A stretch of 63,668 bases of DNA, filler included, from Octopus bimaculoides (Eukaryota), in NCBI RefSeq assembly GCF_001194135.2. It is 7 parts of 7 records of this genome, joined end to end, with 100 filler letters (N's around TTAATTAATTAA, not from the genome) between each part and the next. Parts side by side here need not be neighbours in the genome. Positions count along the whole stretch, not along the records: positions 1 to 21,643 come from NC_068981.1; 6 more parts are not named here. The stretch is one strand, 5' to 3'. Positions 1-11,791 of the stretch are shown piece by piece (the first letter of the stretch is position 1; the number at the start of each line of letters is the position of its first letter). The position numbers were made by a program, and so were the translations under genes. Below the pieces are notes generated by a model, which saw only the letters and a list, made by a program, of their open reading frames with translations, made no database searches and was not told the origin of the DNA.

Positions 1-219
1 ATATATATATATATATAATATAAAGAATATATATACATGTATACACACATATATGTACATACTTACATCTACATGTGTATATATATGCATATCAGGGTAC
101 AGGACGTTAGAACAATGAACTACAGGCAACGGAAGGAACACATAGGAAAACGGAAAGCCACTTGGAATATTCCTTCATCAGCTGTCTCTATTCTAACTAG
201 ACGTTTCGAAGATAAGACA

Positions 220-1571
220 GTATCAGCTACTTGACCATTCATGACCATTCAAATGTTGATGTGATATATCTCGACTTTGCAAAAGCCTTTGACAAAGTTG
301 ATCATGGCTTCATATGTCTACAAGCTGCGAAACCTTGGCGTAGCTGGTAAATTAGTAGAATGGCTGCATGACTTCCTGAATGGTAGAAGTCAGACAGTTG
401 CAGCCAATGGAGGACTATCTAGGGAAACGCAAATATTGAGCGGTGTTCCACAAGGAACTGTCCTGGGGCCACTACTGCTCATAGTGGCCCTTCTGGTCAT
501 GCCCACGGTCACTCAGAGAGCCACTATCACTAGCTACGCTGATGACACACAACTATCTCAGGCAATAAAGAATCCTGATGATATTATAAGCCTGCAGAAT
601 GACCTAAATGCAATATACAAGTGGGCAGATCAAAATAATATGCAGTTCAATGCAAAATAATTTCAAGTACTGCGCTACAAGACCACAGGTGCCTCCCAAC
701 TGGCATACACAGGACCTGGAGGTACTGCAATCCCAGAACAACAAACAATAAGAGACCTGGGCATCTACATGTGTAGTGATGCATCATTTCACATGCACAT
801 TGTCAAGCTGACAGTAAAGTGCAGACAACTGGCAGGGTGGATACTGAGGACATTCCGAACAAGGGATCAAAAACTCATGTTGACTATATAGAAGACATTT
901 GTTCTGAGCCGCCTAGGCTATTGTTCTCAGTTGTGGTCACCACACAGTGTCAAGCGGACAGCAGAACTCGAGGCAATTCAGCGTCACTATACAAAAAAGA
1001 TCGCCACAGTCCAACAGATGAACTACAAGGAGCGACTGAAGGCACTAGGTCTCTACTCCCTGGAGCGCAGGCGGGAGAGATATGTAATAATAAACATATG
1101 GAAAATACTTGAAGGACTGGTGCCAAACTTTGGCATCAAGTACTACAAGAATACCCGCACAGGTCGCCACTGCATGTTACCAAAGGTGCCGTCCACTGCA
1201 TCTCACATAAGAACGAGGTACTGCAACTGCCTCGGTTTCAGAGGACCTCAGCTCTTTAATGCCCTGCCAAAGCATTTGAGAGACCTGCAAGACATGGATA
1301 TAGAGGTCTTCAAGACAAAACTCGACGCTTTCCTCTCCACGATACCAGACGAACCAATGGCTCGAAATGAGACACAGTTTAGGGCAGCGTTGTCAAATTA
1401 TCTTATACACCAGATGTGCCATCAAAACTCTTGATTGGACTATATCAGGTGGAAGAGAAGAGCCATGCAAAGAACGTGAAGAGAGCACAGCATAAAGACG
1501 GAAAGTTACGGTAGTGCTCCAGCATGACCACAGCCACTTGGCTGAAACCCACAAATAAATAAATAAATAAA
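220..1571 (+). mobile_element. 5'-truncated CR1-clade non-LTR retrotransposon: RT domain, C-terminus, 3'UTR and (TAAA)n tail; pseudogenised
   Basis: Translation gives DVIYLDFAKAFDKVDHG, SGVPQGTVLGPLL, YADDTQL, RDLGI, CSQLWSPH and YKERLKALGLYSLERRRER, all typical of CR1/L2-type ORF2. Frameshift near 315, in-frame TAA at 658-660, stop at 1434, (TAAA)n at about 1553-1571. Confidence 0.93.
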
Positions 1572-1661
1572 AATACATGTATATTTAATAAAGATATATA
1601 TATATCGATATATAATAAAAGAATATATATATATATATACATATATGTATACATATAATAT

Positions 1662-1778
1662 CTCTCTTTGTAGCTCGAAACGTCAAAGACTTTCCGTATT
1701 CCCGAGCGTCATACTAATATATACTTTTGTTATTTACACCACCTGTCCTCGTCTGTTGTTATTTTTTGTATATTCTCC

Positions 1779-1782
<4 letters not shown>
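1662..1782 (+). repeat. Short interspersed repeat resembling a PLE terminal fragment (GCTCGAAACGTCAAAGAC)
   Basis: Contains GAAAC-GTC-AAAGAC, the 3' half of a minimal hammerhead, but lacks CUGANGA. Family assignment is inference. Confidence 0.35.
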
Positions 1783-1785
<3 letters not shown>

Positions 1786-1866
<81 letters not shown>

Positions 1867-1950
1867 GAGGGAGAGAGAGAGAGACATTACATACATAGAC
1901 AGACAGACATACAGACAGACAGACATACTGACAGACAGATAGATAGATAA

Positions 1951-2023
<73 letters not shown>
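1786..2023. repeat. Compound microsatellite (TA)n-(GA)n-(GACA)n-(GATA)n
   Basis: Directly visible. Confidence 0.95.
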
Positions 2024-2024
<1 letters not shown>

Positions 2025-2187
2025 GCAGTTAAAATACAATCTAGCGAATCTAATAAAACTATTTCTACGTGTAAAACATGCTAAGCAAAGTAATTGACAC
2101 GAAATGAATTCACATTCAAAGTAATAATGTAATTAAGTATTGGAAATCTGAAATGAATGAACAATGAGAAATTGAGACATTGTCAGG

Positions 2188-2240
<53 letters not shown>

Positions 2241-2276
2241 CCACGCAAACGCGCCTACGCACACGCACATCTAAAC

Positions 2277-2324
<48 letters not shown>

Positions 2325-2402
2325 GGGGGAGTAAGTGGGGCTGAAAGAGATGGATAGACATAATTCTATACATATCTACATGCATGTATATAGATACATA
2401 TA

Positions 2403-2813
2403 CGAGGTCTAACCAAGACGATTGTTGCTATGGTAACGGAGCTAAAGTACATGCAGGGATGCTGCTTGGAATAAACTGACTTCGAAATTTGTATGAAAAC
2501 TGTATGAAAACAATCATAACAGGTGACAACTCATTAGTTCATGGCTATGACCCCAAAACCAAGTCTCAGTCTTTGCAATGCAATACCCCAAAAAGATTTC
2601 ATGACGTTGAGGGAATCCAAGAGTATGCGACGAGGCAACTGCTCGCTATCCCCCAAAGAGAATTCCCAGAATGCTTCCATCAATGGAAACGGCGCTGGAT
2701 AATGTGTGTGACTTCAGAAAGGGCCTCCTTCGAAGGAGATTAAATGCCGAATTGATATGTATCGTAATTTTCTTTTTATAGTACTAGTCCCGAGATTTTT
2801 TGATCAGACTTTG
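2403..2813 (+). mobile_element. Internally deleted mariner (Tc1/mariner) remnant
   Basis: Peptides KTIITGDNSLVHGYDPKTKSQS (first catalytic D region) and DVEGIQ...ECFHQWKRRWIMCVTSERASFEGD (mariner C-terminus). Flanked by TA at 2401-2402 and 2814-2815 with degenerate TIRs (cgaggtctaaccaa vs revcomp caaagtctgatcaa). Confidence 0.85.
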
Positions 2814-2892
2814 TATACATTTGCACACCCACATATATGCATGAATCTATGTATGTATGTATGTATGTATGTATGTATGTGTGTATATATTT

Positions 2893-3308
2893 CAAGATTT
2901 CTTGCCAATTGAGCAAGAGTCAGTTTCTAACCTCGATCCAAGGTTCCTCCACTGGAATTTCAACATCAACAACAGGCATTTTTGTAAGCATGTATGTATA
3001 TGTGCAGATTTGTATGTTTTGTTTTATCTATGTATTCTCTTGCATATACTTGCATATCTAGACATGCTCATATATTCTTAAATGATAACTTTTTGGAAAG
3101 TTTTATAGATTTTTACAGTTCCAGTAATGGACTGGATCTGTAGTCTTCGAATCAGCTTTCTGCTTTCTGGTTTTGAGAAGCCTAATTTCTCAAGATTGGT
3201 ATTCGGGCAATGTGTTACATATCCCAGTGACTTAATAATTACACGTATAAACTTGAACTTGTAATCTGGATAGCGTAACTGCAAATTTTCCAATAGTTCA
3301 ACGTAAGT
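2893..3308 (-). mobile_element. 3' end (RLE endonuclease C-terminus plus 3'UTR) of an R4/R2-superfamily non-LTR element, copy 1
   Basis: ELLENLQLRYPDYKFKFIRVIIKSLGYV...LEKLGFSKPESRKLIRRLQIQSITGTVKIYKTF matches the RLE tail pattern (IPVIIGALG...Q...GT.KI). The 3'UTR is shared with 17364-17865. Confidence 0.7.
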
Positions 3309-3696
3309 ATTTTCTATGTATGTATGTATGTATGTATGTATGTATGTATTGTTTTGTACGCATGTTGCATGATACATAAAAACATAGAACAATATATTTT
3401 GAGGGGTATTAATATTTCATATACATTATCTTATATGCAACAAACTGCTTGAAGTTTCATGTCGGGAGGAAGATATCTATCGCAGCTTGATCTAAGTCTA
3501 GCAGATACCTTCCTCCACTCTTCCAACATGAAACTTAGAGTAGTATCTAGGAATTAAGATACTAACATAAGTGTGCGCATAGGTATTTGTGTATGAGAGA
3601 GAGAGTCGGTAGAGAGGAAGGAGAGAAAGAAAGAAATAGAATAATGCGTGATCCTACATGTTAAAATATTCACGTTAATTCAACAAGGTATTCTAG

Positions 3697-4818
3697 TTTC
3701 TTCATCAGTTGTCGGCTGTCTCTACTCCTCATTTAGAGCATTCAACGACAATATGAGTCTTCGAAGGCAGCTGCTCCCATAAATTCCAACGAGAGAGAGA
3801 AAAAGAGAAAGTGGTAGAGAGACAGACAGACAGACAGATATAAAACGGTGAAGAGGTAAAAGAGAATTAGAGAAGGGTGGCGAGAAATCAGTGTTGAGTA
3901 GAGTCGCATCAAAAAAGGTTAAGATAAACTTATTTGGAAATGAATGCGCGGCGTTCAATTAAATAATGATATAAATATTATATATATATATGTGTGTGTG
4001 TGTGTGTNNNNNNNNNNNNNNNNNNNNNNNNNNNNNNNNNNNNNNNNNNNNNNNNNNNNNNNNNNNNNNNNNNNNNNNNNNNNNNNNNNNNNNNNNNNNN
4101 NNNNNNNNNNNNNNNNNNCATATATGTGTACAGGACGTCATCAACTGTGTAAACAACATGAAGTACGAAAGCAAACGAGTTACATACGCAAACAACGAGA
4201 GAAAAATGGAAAACAGGACAAGTAACACGGCGAACGACACTTCATCAGTTGTCGCCTGTCTATCTACTCCTCATTTAGAGCATTCAACAACAATATGAGT
4301 CTTTGAAGGAAGCTGCTCCCATAAATTCCAAAATGAAATTTTGGATTTATGGAGGGTCAAAGTTGGGAACAAAAACAGGACAGTGGAGACATAGAAAGAA
4401 ACCGAACGAAAACAAACATGGAGGGTCGTTAGACCAGAATGATAGGAAAATTGTGAACGCTGGGAGAAATATTTTCTCTGAAAGGAGAAAAGACAGCGGA
4501 GAGAGATAGCTAGAAATAGAAGAGAGATATAGATAGAAGACGTCCAGTCCTTAGAACGTCATGCAGGAAAGAAAAAGTCACGTGAGGAAAAGAAAGATGG
4601 ACGATGGTCACGTGTGAGCAATGAGAGAGAGAAAAAGAGAAAGAGGGAGAGAGAAAGACAGACAGACAGACAGACATATACAAAACGGTGAAGGAGAGAA
4701 AAAGGGAATTGGGGAGGATGGGGAGAAATCACATGTAGAGTAGAATCGCATCAAAAAGGTTAAGATAAACTTATTTGAAAATGGATGCGTGGCGTTCAAT
4801 TAAATCATGAGATAAATA

Positions 4819-4884
<66 letters not shown>

Positions 4885-5420
4885 ATATATAGGTACAAGA
4901 CGTCATCAACTGTGTAAAGAACATGAAGTACGAAAACAAACGAGTTACATACGCAAACAAACGAGAGAAAAATGGAAAACAGGACAAGTAACATGGAGAA
5001 CGACTCTTCATCAGTTCTCGGCTGTCTATATACTCCTCATTTAGAGCATTCAACGACAATATGATTTTTTAAAGATAGTTGCTCCTATAAATTCCCTCCA
5101 AAAATGTTGGATTTATGGAGGCTCAAAGCTGGGAACAAAAACAGGACAGTGGAGATATACAAGGAAACTGAACGAAAAGAAACATGGAGGGTCGTTGGAC
5201 CATTGCGAGAAGAAAATATTGAACGCTGGCAGAAATATTTTGTTTGAAAAGAGAAAAGATAGAAGAGAGAGAGAGGGATAGAAGACGTCCCGTCCTTAGA
5301 ACGTCGTGCAGGAAAAGAAAGATAGTCACGTGGGGAAAAGAAAGGTGGACCATGGTCACGTGTGGGCAACGAGAGAAAAAGAAAGAGAAAGAGGGAGAGA
5401 GAGATAGATAGAAAACGGTA
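3697..5420. repeat. Diverged head-to-tail tandem array of a roughly 0.8 kb unit (2 copies plus a partial, internally deleted copy)
   Basis: Block ttcatcagttgtcggctgtc...ttagagcattcaacgacaatatga recurs near 3700, 4240 and 5005. Block aggttaagataaacttatttg recurs near 3917 and 4757. Confidence 0.85.
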
Positions 5421-5878
5421 TTTGAAGGCTCTCTAGAGTAACTGCATCCACTCAGGTGGGCCCTAATAGACATTCGATTTTTAACAAATCCTGTTATATG
5501 TTCATACTTAAATATTATGAGGAATTGTATAAAAAGAACTCATGAAATATTTTGTGTCTTGAAGAAGTGGAACCAATTTATTTCACATAATTTTTAACAC
5601 CAAAATCTTGTATGAACTATTATGTGTCATATGGTCCCCGTTTGACAATCACTGCTCGACCGTCTTAAAAGGGAAGGGAAATTTTGGACAACGTAGCTGA
5701 AGATATTTGCAGTAGAGGACTTGGAAGGCTTTTGACCATAGGTTCACTGAATCAAGAATAATCCGGGGCTTAACAACACCACGATCAGCATTACTACGAC
5801 GACGACCACGACCACCACCACCAATGCGGCCACCAATACCACCATCACAACAAACACAACCATAAATAACAACATTGC

Positions 5879-6230
5879 CACAAGGTTCCGGGTTCAGTCC
5901 CACCTGCGTAGCACCTTGGGCAAATGTCTTTTAGTATAGTCTCGGACAGACCAAAGTCCTGTGAGTCGATATGGCAGACGGAAATTGAAAGAAGCATGTT
6001 GTATATGTGTGCGCGCGCGTGTTTTATGTCTGTGTTTGTCTCCCGCTTGACAACCGATGCTGGTTTGTTTACGGACCTGTAACATAACGGTTAGGCAAAA
6101 GAGACCAACAGAATAAGTATCAGCCTTTAAACAAAAGTACTGGGGTCGATTCAATCGACTTAAAATTCATGAAGGCGGTGCCCCAGCATGGCCGCAGTTT
6201 TGTGATTGAAACGAGTAGTAAACGATATAT
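5879..6230 (+). mobile_element. tRNA-derived SINE with CORE-like domain (family A)
   Basis: B-box-like GGTTCAGTCCC, CORE-like gcaccttgggcaaatgtctt, internal (TG) tract, 3' tail gtgccccagcatggccgcag...tgaaac. Homologous to 16859-17215. Confidence 0.8.
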
Positions 6231-6239
6231 ATATACGTT

Positions 6240-6700
6240 TATTCCGCCACTTTCATCGTCACCGCTGTCTCCACCACAATAATCATGATCTCCACACTGA
6301 CTACCACCACCACCATCTTCATCATCATTATCATCATCATCGCCTTCACCACCAATAGCACTACCATCATCACCACCACCACCATCATCATCACAACTAC
6401 CACCACTATCAAGACCGCCGTCATCTAACATCATCACCATCATCCTCAACACTATGACCAACACTGCCGTCACAAATATTGTTGTAGTTGTTCTTCTTCT
6501 TCTCCTTCTCCTTCTTCTTCTTCTCCTCCACCTTATCATCATCATCATGGTGATCATCATCATCATCATCAACATCATCTTCATCATCATCATCATCATC
6601 ACCATCAACCCCCTTCGCCGCCGTCACCGTAAACAACATTGACACCACCGCCGCCACTACTCTCATTATATACACGATAATCATCCCGTTGTGATTACTT
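6240..6700. repeat. Degenerate (CAT)n/(CAC)n/(CTT)n trinucleotide low-complexity tract
   Basis: Directly visible; it generates the spurious poly-M/D/V ORFs. Confidence 0.9.
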
Positions 6701-8402
6701 CCACCACACCCTTACATGGCGTCCATCTTTAACCCCCCCCCTTCACCCACATTCTAACCNNNNNNNNNNNNNNNNNNNNNNNNNNNNNNNNNNNNNNNNN
6801 NNNNNNNNNNNNNNNNNNNNNNNNNNNNNNNNNNNNNNNNNNNNNNNNNNNNNNNNNNNNNNNNNNNNNNNNNNNNNNNNNNNNNNNNNNNNNNNNNNNN
6901 NNNNNNNNNNNNNNNNNNNNNNNNNNNNNNNNNNNNNNNNNNNNNNNNNNNNNNNNNNNNNNNNNNNNNNNNNNNNNNNNNNNNNNNNNNNNNNNNNNNN
7001 NNNNNNNNNNNNNNNNNNNNNNNNNNNNNNNNNNNNNNNNNNNNNNNNNNNNNNNNNNNNNNNNNNNNNNNNNNNNNNNNNNNNNNNNNNNNNNNNNNNN
7101 NNNNNNNNNNNNNNNNNNNNNNNNNNNNNNNNNNNNNNNNNNNNNNNNNNNNNNNNNNNNNNNNNNNNNNNNNNNNNNNNNNNNNNNNNNNNNNNNNNNN
7201 NNNNNNNNNNNNNNNNNNNNNNNNNNNNNNNNNNNNNNNNNNNNNNNNNNNNNNNNNNNNNNNNNNNNNNNNNNNNNNNNNNNNNNNNNNNNNNNNNNNN
7301 NNNNNNNNNNNNNNNNNNNNNNNNNNNNNNNNNNNNNNNNNNNNNNNNNNNNNNNNNNNNNNNNNNNNNNNNNNNNNNNNNNNNNNNNNNNNNNNNNNNN
7401 NNNNNNNNNNNNNNNNNNNNNNNNNNNNNNNNNNNNNNNNNNNNNNNNNNNNNNNNNNNNNNNNNNNNNNNNNNNNNNNNNNNAGAGAGAGATGAGAGAG
7501 TGAAGAGGAGGCACACAGTGAGAAGAGACAGAAAGACAGAGAATAAGAAAGAAAGAAAGATAGAAAGCAGGATGGGTGACAGGAGAGGGAGAAAGGCTAA
7601 CAAAAGAAGGAGAATGGGGAAGAAAAGGGAATAAAAGAGTAGAATCAGAAAGTGAAAGAGAGAAAGAGAGAAAGAACATCAAATGTGAGAGGGGGATTTG
7701 GAGCATTCCGTGGTACTGTATTAAGAGAACAAAATGAAATTCCAGACCGGGAAGGTGGCGATGGATAGGGTGTTAGTGGATTCTTTATCTTAAAACAGAA
7801 CCAGAACTCAAATCTCTGCCACATCCGTCACCCATACAGCCACCCCCACACACACTCATCTATAACCCGATAAATTCGAAACATCGGAAAGAATTCGTAC
7901 AGGTTGATACTGGCATGATCTGATGCTGGTTTTGCTGCTTTGTTGAGTCATACATACACACACAAGTATCCCACTATCACGCTACTGTTACACCACCCTA
8001 ACACACCGTTCCCACCAATTCACAGCATGTCCAGATTCTTTACATGCCAACACACCACGCTACATTTCCCTTCTTTAGATGGCCAGACATTCTGTAAGCG
8101 AACTCGCTTTGTATAACACGAAACCCCGCTGGTATTTACCCTACGAACTGAAATTCTCAACTTATGGCCAAACTCGACAAATATTGGTTTCATTTTGATT
8201 AGATAGTCCATAGCTTGACACTTCCTTATATAAGGATTAAGAAATGGTACTTAGAGCGTCGCATTTATTAGTTTCAACCAACAACATCAATTATACAATT
8301 CTGCATAAATTACGTAAAATAAACTCGTATCAATAGCTGATCGAAACCAGATCACCGGCTTCGTTCGTCAAGAGCTTTTAATTCCCGGTCAGTATTAGGA
8401 AT

Positions 8403-8610
8403 AGGAAAGCCAGTAAGCTGGCACGCCGGGCAAAATGTTAAGCGGCATTTCATCCATCTTTACGTTCTGATTTCAAATTCTGCCGAGGTCGATTTTGCTT
8501 TTCATCCTTTCGGTGTCGATAGAATAAGCACCAGTTGATTACAGGGCTCGATATAATTGACTAGCCCGAACCCCCGAAATTGCTGGCCTTGTGCCAAAAT
8601 TTGAAACTAA
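8403..8610 (+). mobile_element. tRNA-derived SINE family B
   Basis: gcacgccgggcaaaatg...tcaaattctgccgaggtcgattttgcttttcatcctttcgg...gccttgtgccaaaatttgaaac. At least five other copies occur in the window. Confidence 0.8.
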
Positions 8611-8774
8611 TACTAGCAATAGGAAGGTTCTGAATCTTTGTCACACTGCTTCGGTTGAATTTTTAATAGGCTTTAAATTTCTAATGTTTTTTTGTCAGTT
8701 CCTTGATAATTTAGCAATGGAAAAAAATTTGGTACTCACAAACATTTCTAACAGCGCACATCAAATATGAGAAA

Positions 8775-9000
8775 TAGTTGTTTAGTCCCGTGTCAACATT
8801 GATCGTGTAGTCTATTGATCAAAGCATCCTACCTATGATTTCACCCGCGTCTTTTATCCATTTGTATAGGGTTGTACTCGACATGTCATTTTCCAGCGTT
8901 TCCCTTTTTTAAGACGGTAGGATGTGTATTGAGGGATATATGACTTCAGTATCTAGCAAGCGGAGCGATCATGTAGTCGTTCACTAAGCTCTAGATGTTT
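8775..9000 (-). mobile_element. Degenerate SINE family E (3' CAA-type tail on - strand)
   Basis: Shares blocks (ttgtttagtccc, gatcaaagc, ttttaagacggtagg, tctagcaagcggagcgatca) with 15585-15795, 23410-23660 and 58145-58400. Confidence 0.55.
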
Positions 9001-10394
9001 CATGTTGATTGAAGCATTCGAGCTTTGGACATTTCCTTATTTTCAGCAGTGGATTTGCCTTGTGTCAGCAGAAAGGAAAGACGTCAACGTTATGGTCAAA
9101 ATGGAAGATGTATAAGTATATCATGCAGTTTCTTTTTATGTCTTCTTTAAGCGTGTTTTTTTTTTTTTTTTTTTGAAAGTGTTTCGTATGTGAGTTTGTT
9201 TGCAGTTCAACTACGGATATGTTACTTATGTTTGTTATTGCGGTAGTAGTTGTTGTGAGGCCGTTGTGAGAATTTCTCATGCTGCTAATTATTTCATGCA
9301 GTGATTTAGTTTGTTTGGTCAGAAATCTTCACCAGTTTCTACATTTTCTTCTTTTTGTTTGCTTATAAATATTTTATTGTTCTTGTGTTTTATTTCTTGT
9401 CTTTTATTTGTTTGGCGTTGGTTTATTTCATTCGTGGTTGTCTCTAGTTTCATCAGTTTGTTTCAATTTCTCCTGATTTCTAAATTGTTTACGTGAGATA
9501 TTTGGTAAGTGCTTTTGTCTGTTTATATGCATGAATATTGAATATATTTGTTTCGTGAAAAATCGTCCATTTCAGATTCCTTCACACATTAGAGACAGGA
9601 GTGAACTACGTACTGCATTTTCCAATTCTTTGAGTCAAACTTTCACCATTCCTCCAGCATCCCAGTCTTCTGTTCAGTCATATTATATCCAAGATTTGGT
9701 TATATTCGTTAACTATCCAGTAGATAGACTGAATTTTAAGAGAAAGTAGTGGCGATGACAATGACGAAGATATATTATGCCAAGAAGAAAGAAAGATGCG
9801 ATTCCAGCTACAATATGTTCGAGCATAAGCTCTGCGGCTAAACAACAATCAATCAATCTAAACCATCAATGCCATGAGGGATATCAATAGTGCAAGCCAT
9901 CAAGGTACCACCACCATCACCACCAGCATTATTACCAAGACACCACACAAACAGCAAATTTGCAGAAAATGCATTGTAGTACTTGTCCTGGTACTTAGCG
10001 TTCAGATTCCTAGTTGTTAGACTTAACCAGACAGCCAATCGAACACCACTACCTTGTCCTTGGGTATTCTTAGTAGGGTTCACTTTGTCGCTAGCATTCA
10101 GGTCAGGTCTTCGGTTTCTTGGTAACTTACTCCCATCTTCGTTAATTGGGTAATTAACTAATCTATAGTTTGATTAATCATTCGGTTAATCAATCAGTTA
10201 TGTTTGTCAAATTCCCTTTGCCGCCATTCGCGACCTCTTCGATGACATGACCTCTCTTACACCAGGTCAGTTTCAGGTCAGTATTAAAGCTGACCTCATA
10301 TTGGATAAAGTAGTCTTTGATATATACAAAGTGACAGGATAATCATGGCTGGAATCAAGCAACTGCAACTTTAGTACCCCCTCCACGATTTTCA

Positions 10395-10833
10395 ACACCA
10401 CCATCACAACACCACCATCACAACACCACCATGTCAATTATCACCTCACCTCCAACACTTCCCCTATCACCACCACCATTACATTATCACCGTGTCGACC
10501 GAAACTATCCACCATCTTCACACATACAACTACCACTACAGTCACCAACATCACCACTACAAAAGACCTCCACAAGCACCAGCAACACCGCCACCATCAT
10601 CATCACCACTATCTCTACTACCACCAACACTGCAACAACTCCAGCTTTACCGCAACAACATCCACCGCAACCACCACCACCACCACCATAACTACCATCA
10701 CATCCACCACTACAACCACCACAGCATTTACCACCACAACCACCACCACCATCATCACCACCACAGCCACAGCCACAATCACGACCACCACCACCACAAC
10801 CACAACCACCACGACATCCACCACCACCACCAC
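10395..10833. repeat. Degenerate (CAC/CAT/CAA)n low-complexity tract
   Basis: Directly visible. Confidence 0.9.
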
Positions 10834-11530
10834 NNNNNNNNNNNNNNNNNNNNNNNNNNNNNNNNNNNNNNNNNNNNNNNNNNNNNNNNNNNNNNNNNNN
10901 NNNNNNNNNNNNNNNNNNNNNNNNNNNNNNNNNNNNNNNNNNNNNNNNNNNNNNNNNNNNNNNNNNNNNNNNNNNNNNNNNNNNNNNNNNNNNNNNNNNN
11001 NNNNNNNNNNNNNNNNNNNNNNNNNNNNNNNNNNNNNNNNNNNNNNNNNNNNNNNNNNNNNNNNNNNNNNNNNNNNNNNNNNNNNNNNNNNNNNNNNNNN
11101 NNNNNNNNNNNNNNNNNNNNNNNNNNNNNNNNNNNNNNNNNNNNNNNNNNNNNNNNNNNNNNNNNNNNNNNNNNNNNNNNNNNNNNNNNNNNNNNNNNNN
11201 NNNNNNNNNNNNNNNNNNNNNNNNNNNNNNNNNNNNNNNNNNNNNNNNNNNNNNNNNNNNNNNNNNNNNNNNNNNNNNNNNNNNNNNNNNNNNNNNNNAG
11301 TGTGTATGGGGGGGGGAATATGCGTGAGACAGAAATGGACAGAAAGAGAGAGACAGGAAGAGAGGGAGGAAGCGTGAGAAGAGAGATAGAAAGAGAGAGA
11401 AAGAGAAAGGAAGATAGAGAGAGAGAGAGAGAATGAGGTATGCTGGGAAGACAAACAGAATAGGAGTGCAGAGAGAAAGAGAGAAAAGAGGAAAGCCAGC
11501 TGTAAAGGGACAACGACCGTCGACAATAAC

Positions 11531-11562
<32 letters not shown>

Positions 11563-11757
11563 CGATGATTGTGATGGTGGTAGTAGTGGTGGTGGCGGTG
11601 ATCGTGGTGGTGGCGGCGAATTCAGGGGTAGTGGTATTGGTGGTGGTGGTGGTGGTGATGCGAAGCTTCAGAAAAGAAAAAAGATAAATAGATAGATAGA
11701 GAGAGNNNNNNNNNNGAGGGGAGGGAGGGAAGGGGAGACACACAGACAGACAGAGGG

Positions 11758-11791
<34 letters not shown>

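Noticed and set aside
1662-1690. Hammerhead at GCTCGAAACGTCAAAGAC (similar half-motifs near 37520-37545, 44815-44825 and 55495-55520)
   Set aside because: The CUGANGA box and/or stems are missing; at most remnants, too weak to call.
5879-5905. tRNA-like A/B boxes here and at 31841 and 34660 as tRNA genes
   Set aside because: They continue into multicopy SINE bodies and show no complete cloverleaf.
6120-6684. Long poly-Met/Asp/Val/His ORFs here and at 10431-11962 and 30496-31061
   Set aside because: They are translations of trinucleotide low-complexity tracts and N gaps, with no domain signal.
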